Shown here piece after piece: positions 11,001 to 24,821 of a stretch of DNA of 40,385 nucleotides. The notes beneath the pieces are model-generated. The model ran no database searches, was not told the DNA's origin, and was given only the letters and a program-made list of their open reading frames with translations. The stretch is taken from contig NC_068984.1 of the NCBI RefSeq assembly GCF_001194135.2, positions 62,909,532 to 62,949,916 of the forward strand, in the 5' to 3' direction. The position numbers and the translations under genes were made by a program. Every line of letters begins with the position of its first letter. Position 1 is the stretch's first letter. Source of the stretch: Octopus bimaculoides (lineage: Eukaryota).

Positions 11001-14000
11001 ACTGATACAAAAACAACATACACTTCAGTAATATACTATCATTTTACAATTGTACGTTATTTTCTGGTTGGTACGTATGTGCAGTGTACAAGTGAAATTG
11101 TCCTACTTCCATATGAATTTATGTAGGTGATTTGTTTGAAAATGTGGCCCTTCGTTTACTAAATGTTTTATGTGGGGAGATCTATGAAATAAACGTATCT
11201 GTAGTTGTGGAAATAATATCAACTGGACTGTTAACAACAAAAAAGCAACTAAAGATGATACAAGACGCACTCTTAAAAGATAACTAATAAATAACTTTGA
11301 AAAGAGTTGCCATATTGAAACTGTAAAAGAAAAGGTAATCCATTCTATCAAATCATAAAACGTCGACACTATTCTACTAATGTCAATGAATATTTCATAG
11401 ATTTTTCTATCAGTTTCATAGAATTAGTATCAAATGTAAAAATAAATTATTATTTAGAATTCACTATTTTTATGGTTTATAGAGTCAGTTTATATCAAAG
11501 TGCAATATTACCATAACAATGTTTTACAGAGTTTATCATCAGTTATATTCTACTGAATAGTCACATCTATCATAATGTATATTAGCAACACATTTTCTTT
11601 CCCTTCTTTCTTCTTCTCTCCTTCAATAGTCGTGTTTAACTAGTTATTCATATAAACCTTGTAGGTAGCAAAGCGTCTGCTGGTCAGCTAATGACTTTAT
11701 ACAATCCTTTCTAACAGATGGTAATTCGACTTAATTCCCTCAGTGTTAATCTATGACAAAAGAAATACAGTGATTTCCAAATGATTTATCTATCTCCATG
11801 ATATTGGCAATTCACTATCATTCATACAAACAGTTCTCTAACCGAGGTATTGATGAAACACGTGTTGATAACATGGCAGCAAAAGCATCAGGTCTTACTT
11901 TCAATTCTAGAATTCAGCTGTTTTCTGTTGACCAATGAGGAATTTAATAATTTGAACTCAAAATGTTGTTAGAACTGAAATAATAATTCAGTTAGTAACA
12001 CATGTTTATATATACACATTTCCTATACCACTAAGATAGTAATAATTTCCAGTATATAGTACATGAAGAAATTCCTTCACTAAATCTGTAAATAAGTTTT
12101 CCGCTTGTGTTTTAATAGTTCGTTGAAACTTCAATCATTCGTTTGTTTTTGTTAAAAAAGACGATATCTAATAACTGCTCAGAAGTTACTCATGATGCGG
12201 GGACTAATTTCAACAACACTGGCAACAACAAGTCCATATTTCAGGGAGCTAGGACTTGAAGACAAAGAGTTATCAAGCTGTAATAAAAAAAAAAATCCAT
12301 ACTTCGCAAATGAATCTTTAAAGGGTTTCTCCAGTAACCAATGTTTCCTTATTTTGAAACATCGCATCATTGATGAGCAAATATCGTTTGATAAAACTAA
12401 AGGGTTGTTATTAAACAAGAGGACATTGAAAGAAGATGTTCATTCCTGTTTTTGTTTCATCTATTTTCCCTCTTTCACCTCTATTATTACATTGAAATTT
12501 TATATTAGTATCAACGTTATTGCATTAAGCTCTCTGGATGCATAATACTATTTCTTTCTCTTGCCAGACTGATGGCTTTATTTAGGAATGACAATTTTCT
12601 GCTTTTATTAAACTTGAAGAGATTGTAGATGAAATCAGGCTTCTAGTACTCCAATTCTTCTACTATCAAGGATTGCTGCCTGATGAAGCGAAATAATTTC
12701 ATAGGGGAAAGTAATGTCCTTAAGAAAGTCACACACTTTGCATAATTTCTATTCCATTTCTTAAAAGCCTGTGACTCAGCAACAATTTTAAGAAATCAAT
12801 AATTTGATTCGAATGTAATTGAATCAAAGCAAAAGTAAACAAATGACATTTTTTATGATATTTCAATATTATTTTAATATATTAAAGCAATTCTAAAAAG
12901 AAATTATAAGGTATTTCAATTAACTTTAACCCATTGATTGTATTGATGTTAAAGCCTTTTATATTTAATTACAATATTTCACTCGCTATCAACAATAATC
13001 CTTTTATTTTTTAAATATCACGTTTCCCTTTCCGTAGATTGACATAATGCGGATATAGTATCACACACATATTACACTAGTCTGGTTTCTCAAAGCATTT
13101 TAGAAGTATTATTCATACAAGTATATGGTATGTGAATGGCATAATCACGCCTGGAACATCTATATTCATATGTCTGATCGATCTTTATTGATCAGAGATT
13201 AAACAGCAACAACAATGATAACAAAGCCAATTCTTAATTGAGCAAAACTAAAAGAGCAGCAGGTAAGTAGGTGACCATCAAAGGTATAAGCTCTTCATTT
13301 CCTCTTAAAAAACTGCAATATAGTAAAGGATTTAAATTCGCTACGGCATAAGACCACCAAGGTATAAATGCATATTAGAATATCCATTCTGTTATTCATT
13401 TTCAGCTCTAGACCTGCCTTGACTGAGTAGACCAATAATAAAACCCATTCCAGTTGGAACCATCCGGTTTTTCCCTCGCTACACCGCACCCAGACTACAT
13501 TCTGGAATGTGTATTTCTTTTCTAAAATGGTCTCGACGGATTATTTTCTGGAGATTTCGCTGCTAGTCCAAGATGACCGATCGAATTGATAAGATAATTC
13601 TTTACTGGCATGATTGTGTTGTTGCTGTTGCAGTTACCATGGTTTAGCACTAAATCATTCCTGATCGATGCGTTCTATGATCGAAACTCTCAATATAAAG
13701 CATTCTATATCTATATTTTCATATGTTGTATGTTTAGAAAAACATTGTCCAGTTTTTAAGATTAATTTATGTGACTTAGGAATAGATTTGAGTAACTATG
13801 AAGCGTTACTTGGCATAAATCATTCTTGCAGTATATACAGTGGATTCTTTTCATATGAAAAGAAAGTTACTTAACATTAATAATGAAAGACTTCACATCT
13901 TACCTGAAAGCGCAGTCTTAAAGAAATCGACATAGAAACACACATAAATATTCTTGCAGATATAATTAATTTTGATTTTCTAAACCTAGCATAATAGTGA

Positions 14001-15147
14001 GCTAACTGATTTCTGCATTATGTTCGTGTGTATTTGCAAATCTGCTGACTGATCTTTTAGAAGTGGTCTAGAATATTTCTGAGCACCTCTGTATATAAAG
14101 CACTATGAAAGACTCAAATGTATAAGGAGTAAACTATTGCTGACATGCCTTACGCGTGCTTTGTAAAATGTTAGCAATTGATCAGTGTTGTAGTATTTTC
14201 TACCTATGAGCATGAAGTCTATTCCTTGAGAAGAAATTTGACAATATTATATATGGGCAATTGCTATGATTGATAATAAAAAAATTGACATTGTAATTGA
14301 TTTTTAGAAACAAATTTTCTTTTATTTCATCATATAACACGAACGTAACTAAGACTATAAAACTAGGATTCTTCTAGATAATGAAATGTTTCTGAACCAC
14401 TCAATAATTCATAATTTTGCCAATGAAATAAAGCTAAAACTATGATGTAGGAAGTAGATATTTTACAGGAAAAATATATTTATCCATACCTGAGCAATAC
14501 AAACATATACGAAAGGCAAAATCTTGTATACACATATATGTTGTGTATGTGTGTGTGTGATGTGTTGTGTGTATGTGCACGTTTGCGTGTGTTCTGTGTG
14601 CTGTGCATGTACGTGCAGTAACACGATATATACTGAATTTCTAGAAGTTGTTTCTTGTGTGTCAGTGTTGTGTGTATATATGTGTGTGTATATCTCTGTG
14701 TGTATGCTTATCAATGACTGTATATAGTTTTATTTGCAGATGTGTTTAGAAAGTCATTGCAACGTAATTTGAAAATAGAAGAATAAAATGAGAAACAAAA
14801 CCTAACAGAAACACCTTAAGCTTATAATTTAATATTAAAGCTTTAAAAGAGATTTATCGTGATTTAAATGGAAATGAAGATTAAATATACACACACACGT
14901 GATATAAAAATATGGCCGTTGTGATAGGAGCATTATTTCTAGTTTTGTATTGACCAATTATCATTGCATAACTCCTGCTTCTCTTGCTGATACTAAAATT
15001 CCTTTTATTAATAAGGATAACAGAAAATCTCATTATCTCTTGCTGATTGTGACATTCTATTCAAGAATGAAGCAGGTCTCCTTAATCCTAGAATCTCGAA
15101 ACTTCTAATACTTTGGTTTTGACATCTCTTCGGATGTTTTCTAACAG

Positions 15148-15442
15148 CAGACACATTTGGAAGAATGCGTTCTGTAATACGTTTGCGCAATTTCCGGACT
15201 GTAACTGCGATGCAACTTCCGTCACATGTATTACATTGAACGCTAGCATGTTAATCCATGTCTCCATTGTTCACAGAACGGTTAGTAATAGGGTACATAT
15301 CGTTCTTATTGTTGAATTATACACATAAAGGTGCCTTCTCAGAGGGGACTTAAGGTCCCAGAGCTATGTTTAGCAGTGTATTACAGATTACCTGGCAGAC
15401 TACAGCAACGCGTCTATCATTGAAATGCACCAGACTTAAGAG
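15148..15442 (+). CDS. Candidate two-exon coding fragment (15148-15280, 15387-15442), product unknown
   Basis: TTTTCTAACAG| exon CG|GTTAGT, a 106-nt intron, then TTACAG| exon AG|GTAAGT. The joined frame is open: RHIWKNAFCNTFAQFPDCNCDATSVTCITLNASMLIHVSIVHRT|ITWQTTATRLSLKCTRLK. No family recognised. Confidence 0.15.
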
Positions 15443-15955
15443 GTAAGTAGGTGTGCAAATCGCCCATTCCTCGTATCCTAGTCTGTGAGCATTCACACTA
15501 CGATTATTGGAACTAGGTGGTTTTTTCACTTTGTTATCCTGACCAGGTTTAGTATCAAAAGTGGATTATGCGTGACAATCTCCTTTTTTCTCACAACACA
15601 CTATAATATCTAAAGCTATATAATTCAGTATCTTCGTTTTTAAAATATGCCAAGTATAAGTGAGGTTTTCGCCTGCTTTTTCATAATCGTTTCACGGTTC
15701 CATGGAGATTCACATAGAGTAAGTGTTTCTGGTAACGGTAACAATTATTTGTACAAATAGATATACGATAGCTACTCTTGAGTTTAGAGCCCCACATCCA
15801 GTTACTTTCCAGTATTGAAGTTTAGCAACTCATATACTTAGGAGTGTTACTAGTATATATACCGAGCAAAATGTTGGGGAGATTACGATAAGCAGAAGTT
15901 TACGTCATATCTCTTCGTAAGTTACACCATTGTGTTTGTTTGTAATACACCGCTG

Positions 15956-16009
15956 AATGTTCCGAGTGCACTTCGATGCTTAACCCCAACCGATCATCAG
16001 AGCAACATT
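15956..16009 (-). ncRNA. Decayed type I hammerhead ribozyme motif with palindromic stem III
   Basis: Minus: AATGTTGCT-CTGATGA-TCGGTTGGGGTTAAGCATC-GAA-GTGCAC-TC-GGAACATT. Stem I has 8 pairs including one G-U, plus a 1-nt bulge. Contains the perfect palindrome AGTGCACT and UH=UC. One A is missing from GAAA and stem II is poor. Confidence 0.55.
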
Positions 16010-17991
16010 TTACTGCATTGTGCTACACAGAATTAAAATAATGTTAAAATTCGGATAGAAAATTAGACTGAATTTGGTGTGTGTAGGTGTACTATAAGAT
16101 GAGATATACATATGAGAGGTCAATGAAGATATAATGACCTGAATGGCAGCAACATCATTCATATAATGACATTTTGCTAAATAGAAAAATTCATATCATT
16201 AAACGAATTGTCTCTCTTCAATGGTGAATGCATATAACTAATTATTCGCTTACGTACAAATCTCAATGAAAACATCGAAATTTTAATTAAAACTTGTTTG
16301 CATTTATCTTTCAAAAGTCGGAAAATTAATAATATGTCATTATTTATGAGACAGATTCTAACGGTTTGTTGTTCCTTGTGATATCAGTTTCTTTTATTGG
16401 CACCATTAAAAATATCTCATTGACTGGTTTTCTGTCTTTCATCTCTTAATAAATAAAAAAAAAAATTCAAATTATAAAACTCTCAATAAAATTTAATACA
16501 TACACTTTAATATATAACAAAACTTTAGATTTATAAAATGTGCCACCACTAGGACTTGTGGTATCTTACATACATGAAGACAGAAGAGCTAGGGCGTAAT
16601 TCATTGAACTCTTTCACATCCCAACTTATTTCCTTTATCAAACTGAAGGTTTACGTTCTGTGATATATCCGAGGCGCAGTAATTCTCAAAGTCGAAAGAC
16701 ATTCACACCTGAAATACTATTTATTGTAAGTGTTGTCGGTTTGAAACCTCAACAACGGTATTCTGAATGTATCTAAGCAATAAAATTTCCTTATGTGTGT
16801 TTATCAGTTGAATTTCTGTTCCGAAATCTAAACATTTTCTTCTAATAATAAGATTTAACCATTAATTTTATGCAAACGCAAATATAATTTGAGAGTGAAT
16901 TCCGAAATATTTATTTTAGTACATACATTTCATTGTTCTTTTCTCTTGACAAATTTGTTATGACATGCACATGTGTGTGAGCGTGCGCTTGTGTTTGTGT
17001 GAATGTGTATATGCATGTGTGTATATGCGTGTGTGTGAATAAGGTGATGTATTTGAAAAGAATCAGTAATATAAAGAATTAAAATGTTTTGTAGTAGCAA
17101 ACTTCAAGCGAAATGAGACTAACACTTAGAAATAATTTCGGTTACAATAAAAGATGTTCAATGCCACTGGGTTGTTCAATAAAAAATGCTTCACATTGGA
17201 TAGCTTATTTCTGACATTGCATTATATTATTCTCTTTTTTAAAAATCTTTTGATACTGGATTCCGGGAGGGTATTTAGTACAGGATCATAGTATCCACCC
17301 CTATATCATCGTCCTTCAATGCCAGGCATTTGTTTTCATTTCACATTAACAATATCCTAGCAGACATTTCTTTTGCCATTGTTCTTTTATTCATCGCTAT
17401 CTACTGCGTCAACAGGGTTTAGGAAACGTTCCTAATTACTTAGAAGAAAAGTTATACTGGCACTTCAATCATCATCATCAACTGTAGCAATTTCATATAT
17501 TGGAATGTTAACCAGATCTCATCCAGTCAAAGGGCCCTCTCAATTTTGCAGATCATCTTAGAATCAGTTTTATTCTCTTGTATTTTTACTGCCAATAGAA
17601 ATGGTCGGTGCTTTCAAATCCAACTAATTCTATCCAATAAGCTAACCGGAAATCGAGAAAACCTCAAAGTAGAAGTCAATTTGATCAGCCAAAATAAATA
17701 ATTGTAGTTAACTATCTTATCGGGTATTATCTTTCTTCTTTTCCATAACATAGTGGTTACATATGTTTATGTGTGTTTTTAAGTTCCAATTTTATATCGA
17801 TGTTCTAACACAAAATGAACACTCCACACATATGTTGACGATGAAATTTACGTTTACTCAGGATAGACGATAGGGACACACACGCTAAGATACAAACGCA
17901 CACACACACACACACACACACACATGCTCACACGCACACATGCACACACGTTCACACGATCACACAATCATACACACACATACAGACACAG

Positions 17992-18041
<50 letters not shown>

Positions 18042-18717
18042 CATATACATTGTTTTATTTTATAAGATGTAAGAAGTAGATAAGAGGCGTCTCCAACATC
18101 TCTCTCTCCTTTGATTATTGAAAAATGTTTTCTTCGTTATTAGTTCTCGTGAATTTCTATACAGTAGATGTGCATAAATCCACAGAAGTTTAGTAGTTGT
18201 ACAGATCTCAGCGAAAGAGTCAGACAGAATTTGGAAGCACCTGAGGGTTCTTCATTAATTCACTTTTTGAAATAAACTGATATTTTACGTTTTAAATCCT
18301 ACACTTAAAGTAGGGCTTGAGACGTGAACTAATAGAATGTTTAGAAAGTGGGGCATTCTACATGTTGGTAGTGTTGATGAAGGAAGCGTACCTTTTTTTC
18401 AGCAGTGAAAATCTCTCAAAAACGCAAGTATACATATCGACAATATACAGATAGTTGTTGCACAGAAACTATTTTGAATCACGATGCCACGCTTGAATAT
18501 TGGAAGCCATTCTGCTAGCTAGTGTCTTCGCACCGCCATTGCAAAGAAATTAAATGAAATTAAAATAGTAGAATTAAAATAAAGGTAGAAGCAGCTTATA
18601 AATGCATCTTGCATACGTATACAACTCAGTGATGCAATTATGCATGTTAAGCAGTTCGAAATATTTTTATATTGCAGTTAAAATATCAGGAAGCTTTTTT
18701 AGATTGTGTTCCCTTGA

Positions 18718-18766
<49 letters not shown>

Positions 18767-19181
18767 CGCATACATACATACATACATGATTTTGTTGATA
18801 AGCGCAATACGTTATAATATATTCCTTCTGTCAATTTCGCCGATCGAAACACGATTATTATTGATAAGAAATGTTAATATCCCCAATTCTGTATTTGATC
18901 CGATATGCGTTTAAATACAAGACGGTTATATTTTTCTTCATGGTAGTTTGTCTGAACATCCATGAATTTGCAAATGTTGGTGTTTGTTACTTATGATAGC
19001 CATGTTTCAATTGTTTCAACTGATCGTTTCAAAATACTATGATCTGTAGCTCTTTATCAATGGATATTTTCTCTATGCAAGCAATGAGTTCTTTATGTTA
19101 AGAATTGTTGAAGTCTATTGCAATACATACACACACATACATCCACATACATCTACAAGCACGCACACATAGATTTATATA

Positions 19182-19227
<46 letters not shown>

Positions 19228-19283
19228 TACATACATATATGCATACGCGTGCGCACACAAACACACGCGCACACATACATACA

Positions 19284-19330
<47 letters not shown>

Positions 19331-21638
19331 GTTTTGAGATATACGTAAGTGTAATCTCGTTGATAATTTCAGTTATATCTAACATCAGTAACAAAGTTAT
19401 TGGCAATGATAAGTTCTCAAAGTTCTTTGCAATTCTAAAGCTTAATAAAAAATTCTTCTAAATCATCAAATTATAGATGTAAGAACATAAATAAATTTTG
19501 AGACATTTTGAAAAGACATGCTTTGTTTAGTGGAGCAATCAAGATATTTAATCTCCTTAGCTGACAGCATATATTTTATCTGACATTGAAACATCATGTT
19601 TCTTTTCTTTTTTATACGGTATTTTTCTCTAATTTCAGCCATTTGACTATGGCCATGTTGTGGTCGCACATCAACGGAGAGAAACTGAGAAAAAAATTAA
19701 ATATGAAAAATAGAAAATTTTAACACTGAAAAATTTATCCAAAAAATTGAAAGAACTTCTATACAGTCTTAAAGAAAAATATACGTTAAATTTCATTTAA
19801 TAGTAGACAACTGAAACGCAGATCATAACAAAATATGTCTACGTTTCTACATAAAAATAGATGTGACCTGAGCATTGGCTTATAGGACTCATAATCACAA
19901 TAAAAGTAAAATCTATCTAATTAGCTTGAAATCACGATTTGTCGGTTACTAATACCGTATTTGATTATTACATTGTTACTGACGGTTTATAACACGTTCT
20001 AATTCGCGATTATAAGTTATGGTTATAATTCGCTGTTAATATTTCAGTATCTTTAGTGTTTGTAAACCTAGAATCTGGTAACTACCGGTTATATTTCAGC
20101 TCGTTTTGACACCAAATTGGATCGAGAGTAAAACTAGTATTTTCTTTAATAAACACAAATTATATGCGCTGTAGTGTACATCATTGAAAAGTAATTACCA
20201 AATATACATCGATATTTTTTTCTTTTTTATTTTGCCAGTATTGACAGATATATGAACAGACGGTTGGCTAATTAAGCATATAGCAGAACAAAATTAAAGA
20301 TTTTTATTGTTTTCGATGAGAGAAGATCTTAAATTTGAAGTCCGTCTCGGACATATAGGCTCGGATATATAGGCGCATTATGGCAAAGGTTATCAATGCT
20401 ACTCAGGATTTAAGGAACTGAAAATACAAGACTGTACTTCTAGTAGAAGTAGCAGTGCAGTTAGAGCGAAGGTTAAAATGCCATGCAACGTTTGGTCAAT
20501 TTCTTTTTCCTCAAGTTCAAGCCAACTGGTGAATTCACAATGAACTAGGTTGCTTTTGCTGACGTGCAGGGTGGATTATATTCCTCTTCCGTCTTTGCGT
20601 TTCACTCTTATTTCGTGAGACTTGTTCCTAACGAAATAATTATTAAAAAAATAATCGGTTTTAGATCTCGATTAATTATTTCTCAGTTCATTTTCAATTA
20701 TACATGCTTTTACTGGATATTCAAATTATGATATTTTTATTGTTAATTAGTAATTTTTAATTTTTAAACATTAAATCTCAATACTTTAACACCATTAATG
20801 TTTAATCCTTGTGATTTCAGTTTGCAGTTAATCACCTATTTACAACGTGTAATTAGAGCTTTGAAAAGTATATATTTTTTAATATCTTTATACATTCACT
20901 TTATCATAGCTTGAACCTTCCTGTTTCCTATGATTTTTTTATAATTTTCACCTTACCGGATTTCTACAACCTGTATAATCTATATAATTATTCTTTAAAA
21001 AAATTTCAATATGTATGATATTTCTAAATACTTATAATATTTTAAAACATTTTAAATATTTTTATCGTTATGTAATATTTTGATAAAATTTTGTTAAATT
21101 TTAAATTTCAAATGTTAATTTCGTTACTACTCATCATTTATTTCGGTTCTTTAGGTAAGCGATACAAATTCTGCTTAGCATGTACGATAATCGATTTTGG
21201 TAAGTGTCCGATGACATATCATTCCTCATGCAAAATTAATTATTTATGCGTTTGTAATGGAGTGGTACTGAAACAACTGTAATAACACTCATGTTATAAT
21301 GAAAACTTCAGTTTTGCATGTCAAATATATACATGCTTGTGTGTATGTATTTCTATATACACACAGACACACACGCATATATATATATATATATATATAT
21401 ATANNNNNNNNNNNNNNNNNNNNNNNNNNNNNNNNNNNNNNNNNNNNNNNNNNNNNNNNNNNNNNNNNNNNNNNNNNNNNNNNNNNNNNNNNNNNNNNNN
21501 NNNNNNNNNNNNNNNNNNNNNNNNNNNNNNNNNNNNNNNNNNNNNNNNATATATATATGTATATATCTATATACATATATATGTATATATATATATATAC
21601 TTACATACATATATATATAGGTGTGTGTGTGTGTGTGT

Positions 21639-21669
<31 letters not shown>

Positions 21670-23063
21670 CATGCGTGAGTGTGTGTGTATGTATATATCT
21701 TTTAAGTTCGCTTACGCAAAGGAGACTCAAACAGAATGGAGTGAGCTATACGACCAACTGATCTATAATAAAAACGCTGGTCTAAAATAAAAAAAATACA
21801 CAACAGAACATCACGTGTGTGCAATTTATGCCTAGCGGACACCCTGAAGATCACATCTAGAGAAGACGTAATTAATCGACATTCCGAAGTAAATATATCA
21901 TGTAAGTATAAAAGCAAGGCTAGACTATTCATGAGGACCTCATTATCCTTCCAGTTAGTTTGCTCTCTTCCTCCCCCTTCTCTCTATTTGCCTTGAAACA
22001 GCTCTTCTAGATGTGTTTGTAGTTTATTGTCTAAGAGACCATTTGGTTTGTGCATATTTGTACTACACTCTTAGCATAGATTTTGATGTGCATGGATGAC
22101 ACTGTAGACCTCAAAACCTGAATCAAGTTGCATGTATGAGTTGACTCTAATTGCTGAGTACATCCAATAACTTCCAATATTCTTTTAAACACTTACGAAA
22201 TGAGTAAATATAACGAAACTACTCTACATTTTGTTTCACTCTTACGAATTCATTACATCGATGTCGCTGCCTCCTCAGTTATCTGTCAAATTCTTTCAAA
22301 TCATATTCTCCTGTTATAAAAAGTTATTACATTTTGCACACTCTATTTTTATTTATTAAACAATAACACAACAGTTGTGGCTGTGTCACATTAAGTAATA
22401 TGTACACATAATAAAGGCTGAACTGGCCCTAAACAGCAATAGTTGTGGCCTTTGCGAAATTCTGAAATCATTATTAAATATGTACTCACAGGTATATATA
22501 TTTTTTAAATCTCATCAAATATTTATTACGACTACTATTTCTTCTGTTCTCAAAATTCCTTTCTTTCCTCTTCATAATATTAACATTATTAAAATATGAT
22601 TTATAACATTTTTCCAAAATCAATATTTAATCTTTAATTTTTTTTAAGCAATAATATTTTAGATTGGAAAATTGCTTCGTAATCAAGTTATTATCAAATT
22701 ATTGCAAACTGCTTTGTCAGTCGATTCTGTCTTTCTCAATGTTTTAAATTCCACCTGCGCATTTTATCGTATGATTGATATTAATACTGATTTGATGTTA
22801 GATTTTATGGATTTTGATTCAGTTTCCCGGAAACCTTTACACTGGCCAAAAGAAACAAAACAATATATTATTCTGTGTCACCTCTATACGAGAAATGTTG
22901 GAAAATTTTATTTCACAAATATCATGACGTATTAAATTGCTTAAGAACCTCCTCGTAAAACAACACTTGTCCTAATGCTTTCTACATTTATGTACTATGA
23001 TGCCAGGCACCTAGTCTTTCTGATGTGGAACATTTTTGTGTGAGTGCCTGGAGTGATTTAATA

Positions 23064-23466
23064 TTATTCTTTTGCGTGTTTCAGTCGTTTAACAACGGCC
23101 ATGCAGGGGCACCGCCTGCGAGGGTTTTAGTCGAACAAATTGACTCCAGGACTTATTTCTTAGCACTAATGCTACTCCATCAGTCTCGTTTGCCGAACCG
23201 ATAATTTACGGGGACGTAAACACAGCAACACCGGTTGTCAAAAGGTGATGGGACAGACATGAAGAAATGTGCGCACGCACACACGTACATACATATATAT
23301 AAGACGGGCTTATTTCAGTTTCCTTCTACCAAATCCACTCACAAGGCTTTAGTCGGCCCGATGCCGTAGTACAAGACACTTGCCCAAAGTGCCAAGTAAT
23401 GGGACAAAACCCGGAACAATGTGGTTGAGAATTTTGCTTCTTGCCATACAACCACACCTGCACCTA
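23064..23466 (-). mobile_element. tRNA-derived SINE, near full length (octopus OR/OK-type from recall; family 1 here)
   Basis: Minus 5' head AGGTGCAGGTGTGGTTGTATGG (A-box-like) ... GGGTTTTGTCCC (B-box-like), an internal CA/GT tract, and a 3' body shared with 4553-4677. Confidence 0.75.
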
Positions 23467-23499
23467 TTACTGAGGTATTCTCTTGTAATTTCCCGGGGC

Positions 23500-23519
23500 C
23501 TTTGTTGTTGTTGTTGTTG

Positions 23520-23586
<67 letters not shown>

Positions 23587-23605
23587 CATTATTATTATTA
23601 TTATT
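23500..23605. repeat. (GTT)n(TTA)n microsatellite
   Basis: Directly visible; source of the poly-N/L/Y ORFs. Confidence 0.97.
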
Positions 23606-24160
23606 GAGTGAGAGAGAAGCACATGCCATCAAAGTGACATGGGGCTACAAATATATGAAGCCCAGTATACCCATCATGACTACTCGTCTGGTAAGGGTAC
23701 ACCAGACACAGACATCACAAACATATGTGCGCGACATGGTGATCTCATATCAAAATAAACAGTGCATGAACTTGCAGGTGGGGCCCAGTTAGAATTTTCA
23801 TCAAATTGAGTAGGCCATCCCACTCAAAAAGTCCCTGAATGAGGGTAGTTTAGGGATGATGAACAAAACGCCTATGTTTCCTAAATCGAACTATTCATAC
23901 CCCAAAGAAATTCTCTCAGCACATGACTATGATGCTCCCCCCTACTTCGGCTCATGATCAGAGATGCACATATCCTCAGCCTGCAAGAGACATGATCAAC
24001 TGGTTAAGGTCAAGCAACTGACAAGCAAATCTGTGGTAGTGAGCAGAATATTTGCTGTAGCCCATCTTTTTATTCCAAGACGAAACAAAGTGCATAACAC
24101 TTTCATTCAGTTATGATGAGAAGCCATGAGAGCAAGTCCCCGCTATTGTGACACTAGTAT
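23606..24160 (-). mobile_element. ~550-bp non-coding interspersed element, copy A, (TAA)n on both sides
   Basis: Colinear with 25235-25768, sharing blocks such as TTGCAGGTGGGGCCCAGTTAGAATTTT, TGATCAGAGATGCACATATC and GAGCAGAATATTTGCTGTAGCC. Ends in CTCTCTCACTCAATAATAAT on the minus strand. Strand is inferred from the longer (TAA)n tract. Confidence 0.8.
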
Positions 24161-24171
24161 TATTATTATGA

Positions 24172-24383
24172 AGGCGGCGAGTCGGCTGTATCGTTTGCAC
24201 GCTGGACGAAATGCTTAGCGCTATTTCGCCAGTCTCTACGTTCTGAGTTCAAATTTCACTGAGGTCGACTTTGCATTTCATCCTTTTGGGATCGATAAAT
24301 TAAGTACCAGCTGTGTAATGAGGTCAATTTATCGACTAAGCCCCTCCCCTCAAATTTCAGGCCTTGTGCCTATAATAGAAAGG
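24172..24383 (+). mobile_element. tRNA-derived SINE, full length with (TTA)n tail (family 2 here)
   Basis: GGCGGCGAGTCGGCTGTATCGTT (A-box-like) ... GTTCTGAGTTCAAATT (B-box-like) ... GATAAATTAAGTACCAG ... GGCCTTGTGCC..AGAAAGG followed by (TTA)n. Homologous to 28426, 28639 and 34820. Confidence 0.8.
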
Positions 24384-24419
24384 ATTATTATTATTATTAT
24401 TATTATTATTGTTGTTGTT

Positions 24420-24821
24420 TTCTTATACACTCAACAGATTAGACTGTTGGAAAAGAAGAGAATCCCAATATCGGGAAAGAACAAGTAGGCTTAGACGCTA
24501 AGAAACCTCCTTTTGGGTTACAGCAATTAGCCTTAGATGCAAAGAACTCTTCTAAGTATCCTACCTGTAACTAATAACACGGTTTTCTGCAGCTGTACTG
24601 AATTAGGTTTTATGCCTATTTCTTCTATTTGCTCAGATATTTAGGGATAGTTCCCAATGTACCTATAACTACAAGGGTACATTTTACTCACGCTTTCCAT
24701 AGTCTCTGTAATGTAATAGCTAGGTCCTGGTACTTCACTATTTTTTCTAAAATTCTCATATGAATTTTTTCATTGTTTGGGACTGTAAATTCAATTATCT
24801 GGCACTTTCTATTCTCATTAT

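Noticed and set aside
11655-11750. Minus-strand LTLRELSRITIC resembling a SOCS/BC box after an acceptor-like site
   Set aside because: Two in-frame stops follow immediately, and all three frames are closed.
12680-12693. CTGATGA-AGC-GAAA, both hammerhead core strings adjacent
   Set aside because: No room for stem II and no stem I or III complementarity; probably chance.
13295-13540. Minus ORF with WVRCSEGKTGWF resembling an SH3 motif
   Set aside because: The rest of the SH3 pattern is absent and there is no convincing donor site.
14068-14096. Tc1-like terminus TTCTGAGCACCTCTG|TA
   Set aside because: No matching second TIR and no transposase remnant found.
20346-20373. 14-bp tandem duplication CTCGGA(C/T)ATATAGG and a nearby hydrophobic minus frame (GILTFALTALLLLLEV)
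   Set aside because: Ordinary slippage duplication; the frame has no start codon or good splice sites.
22240-22285. Minus-strand CTGAGGA...GACA-TCGA-TG with a palindrome; similar weak strings at about 6000, 11510-11545, 13660 and 21845
   Set aside because: Each has multiple core changes and poor stems, indistinguishable from background in AT-rich DNA by eye.
23960-23990. CTGA(C/G)GA in the 550-bp element read as a hammerhead core (also at about 25575)
   Set aside because: No GAAA or correctly placed UH and stem I.
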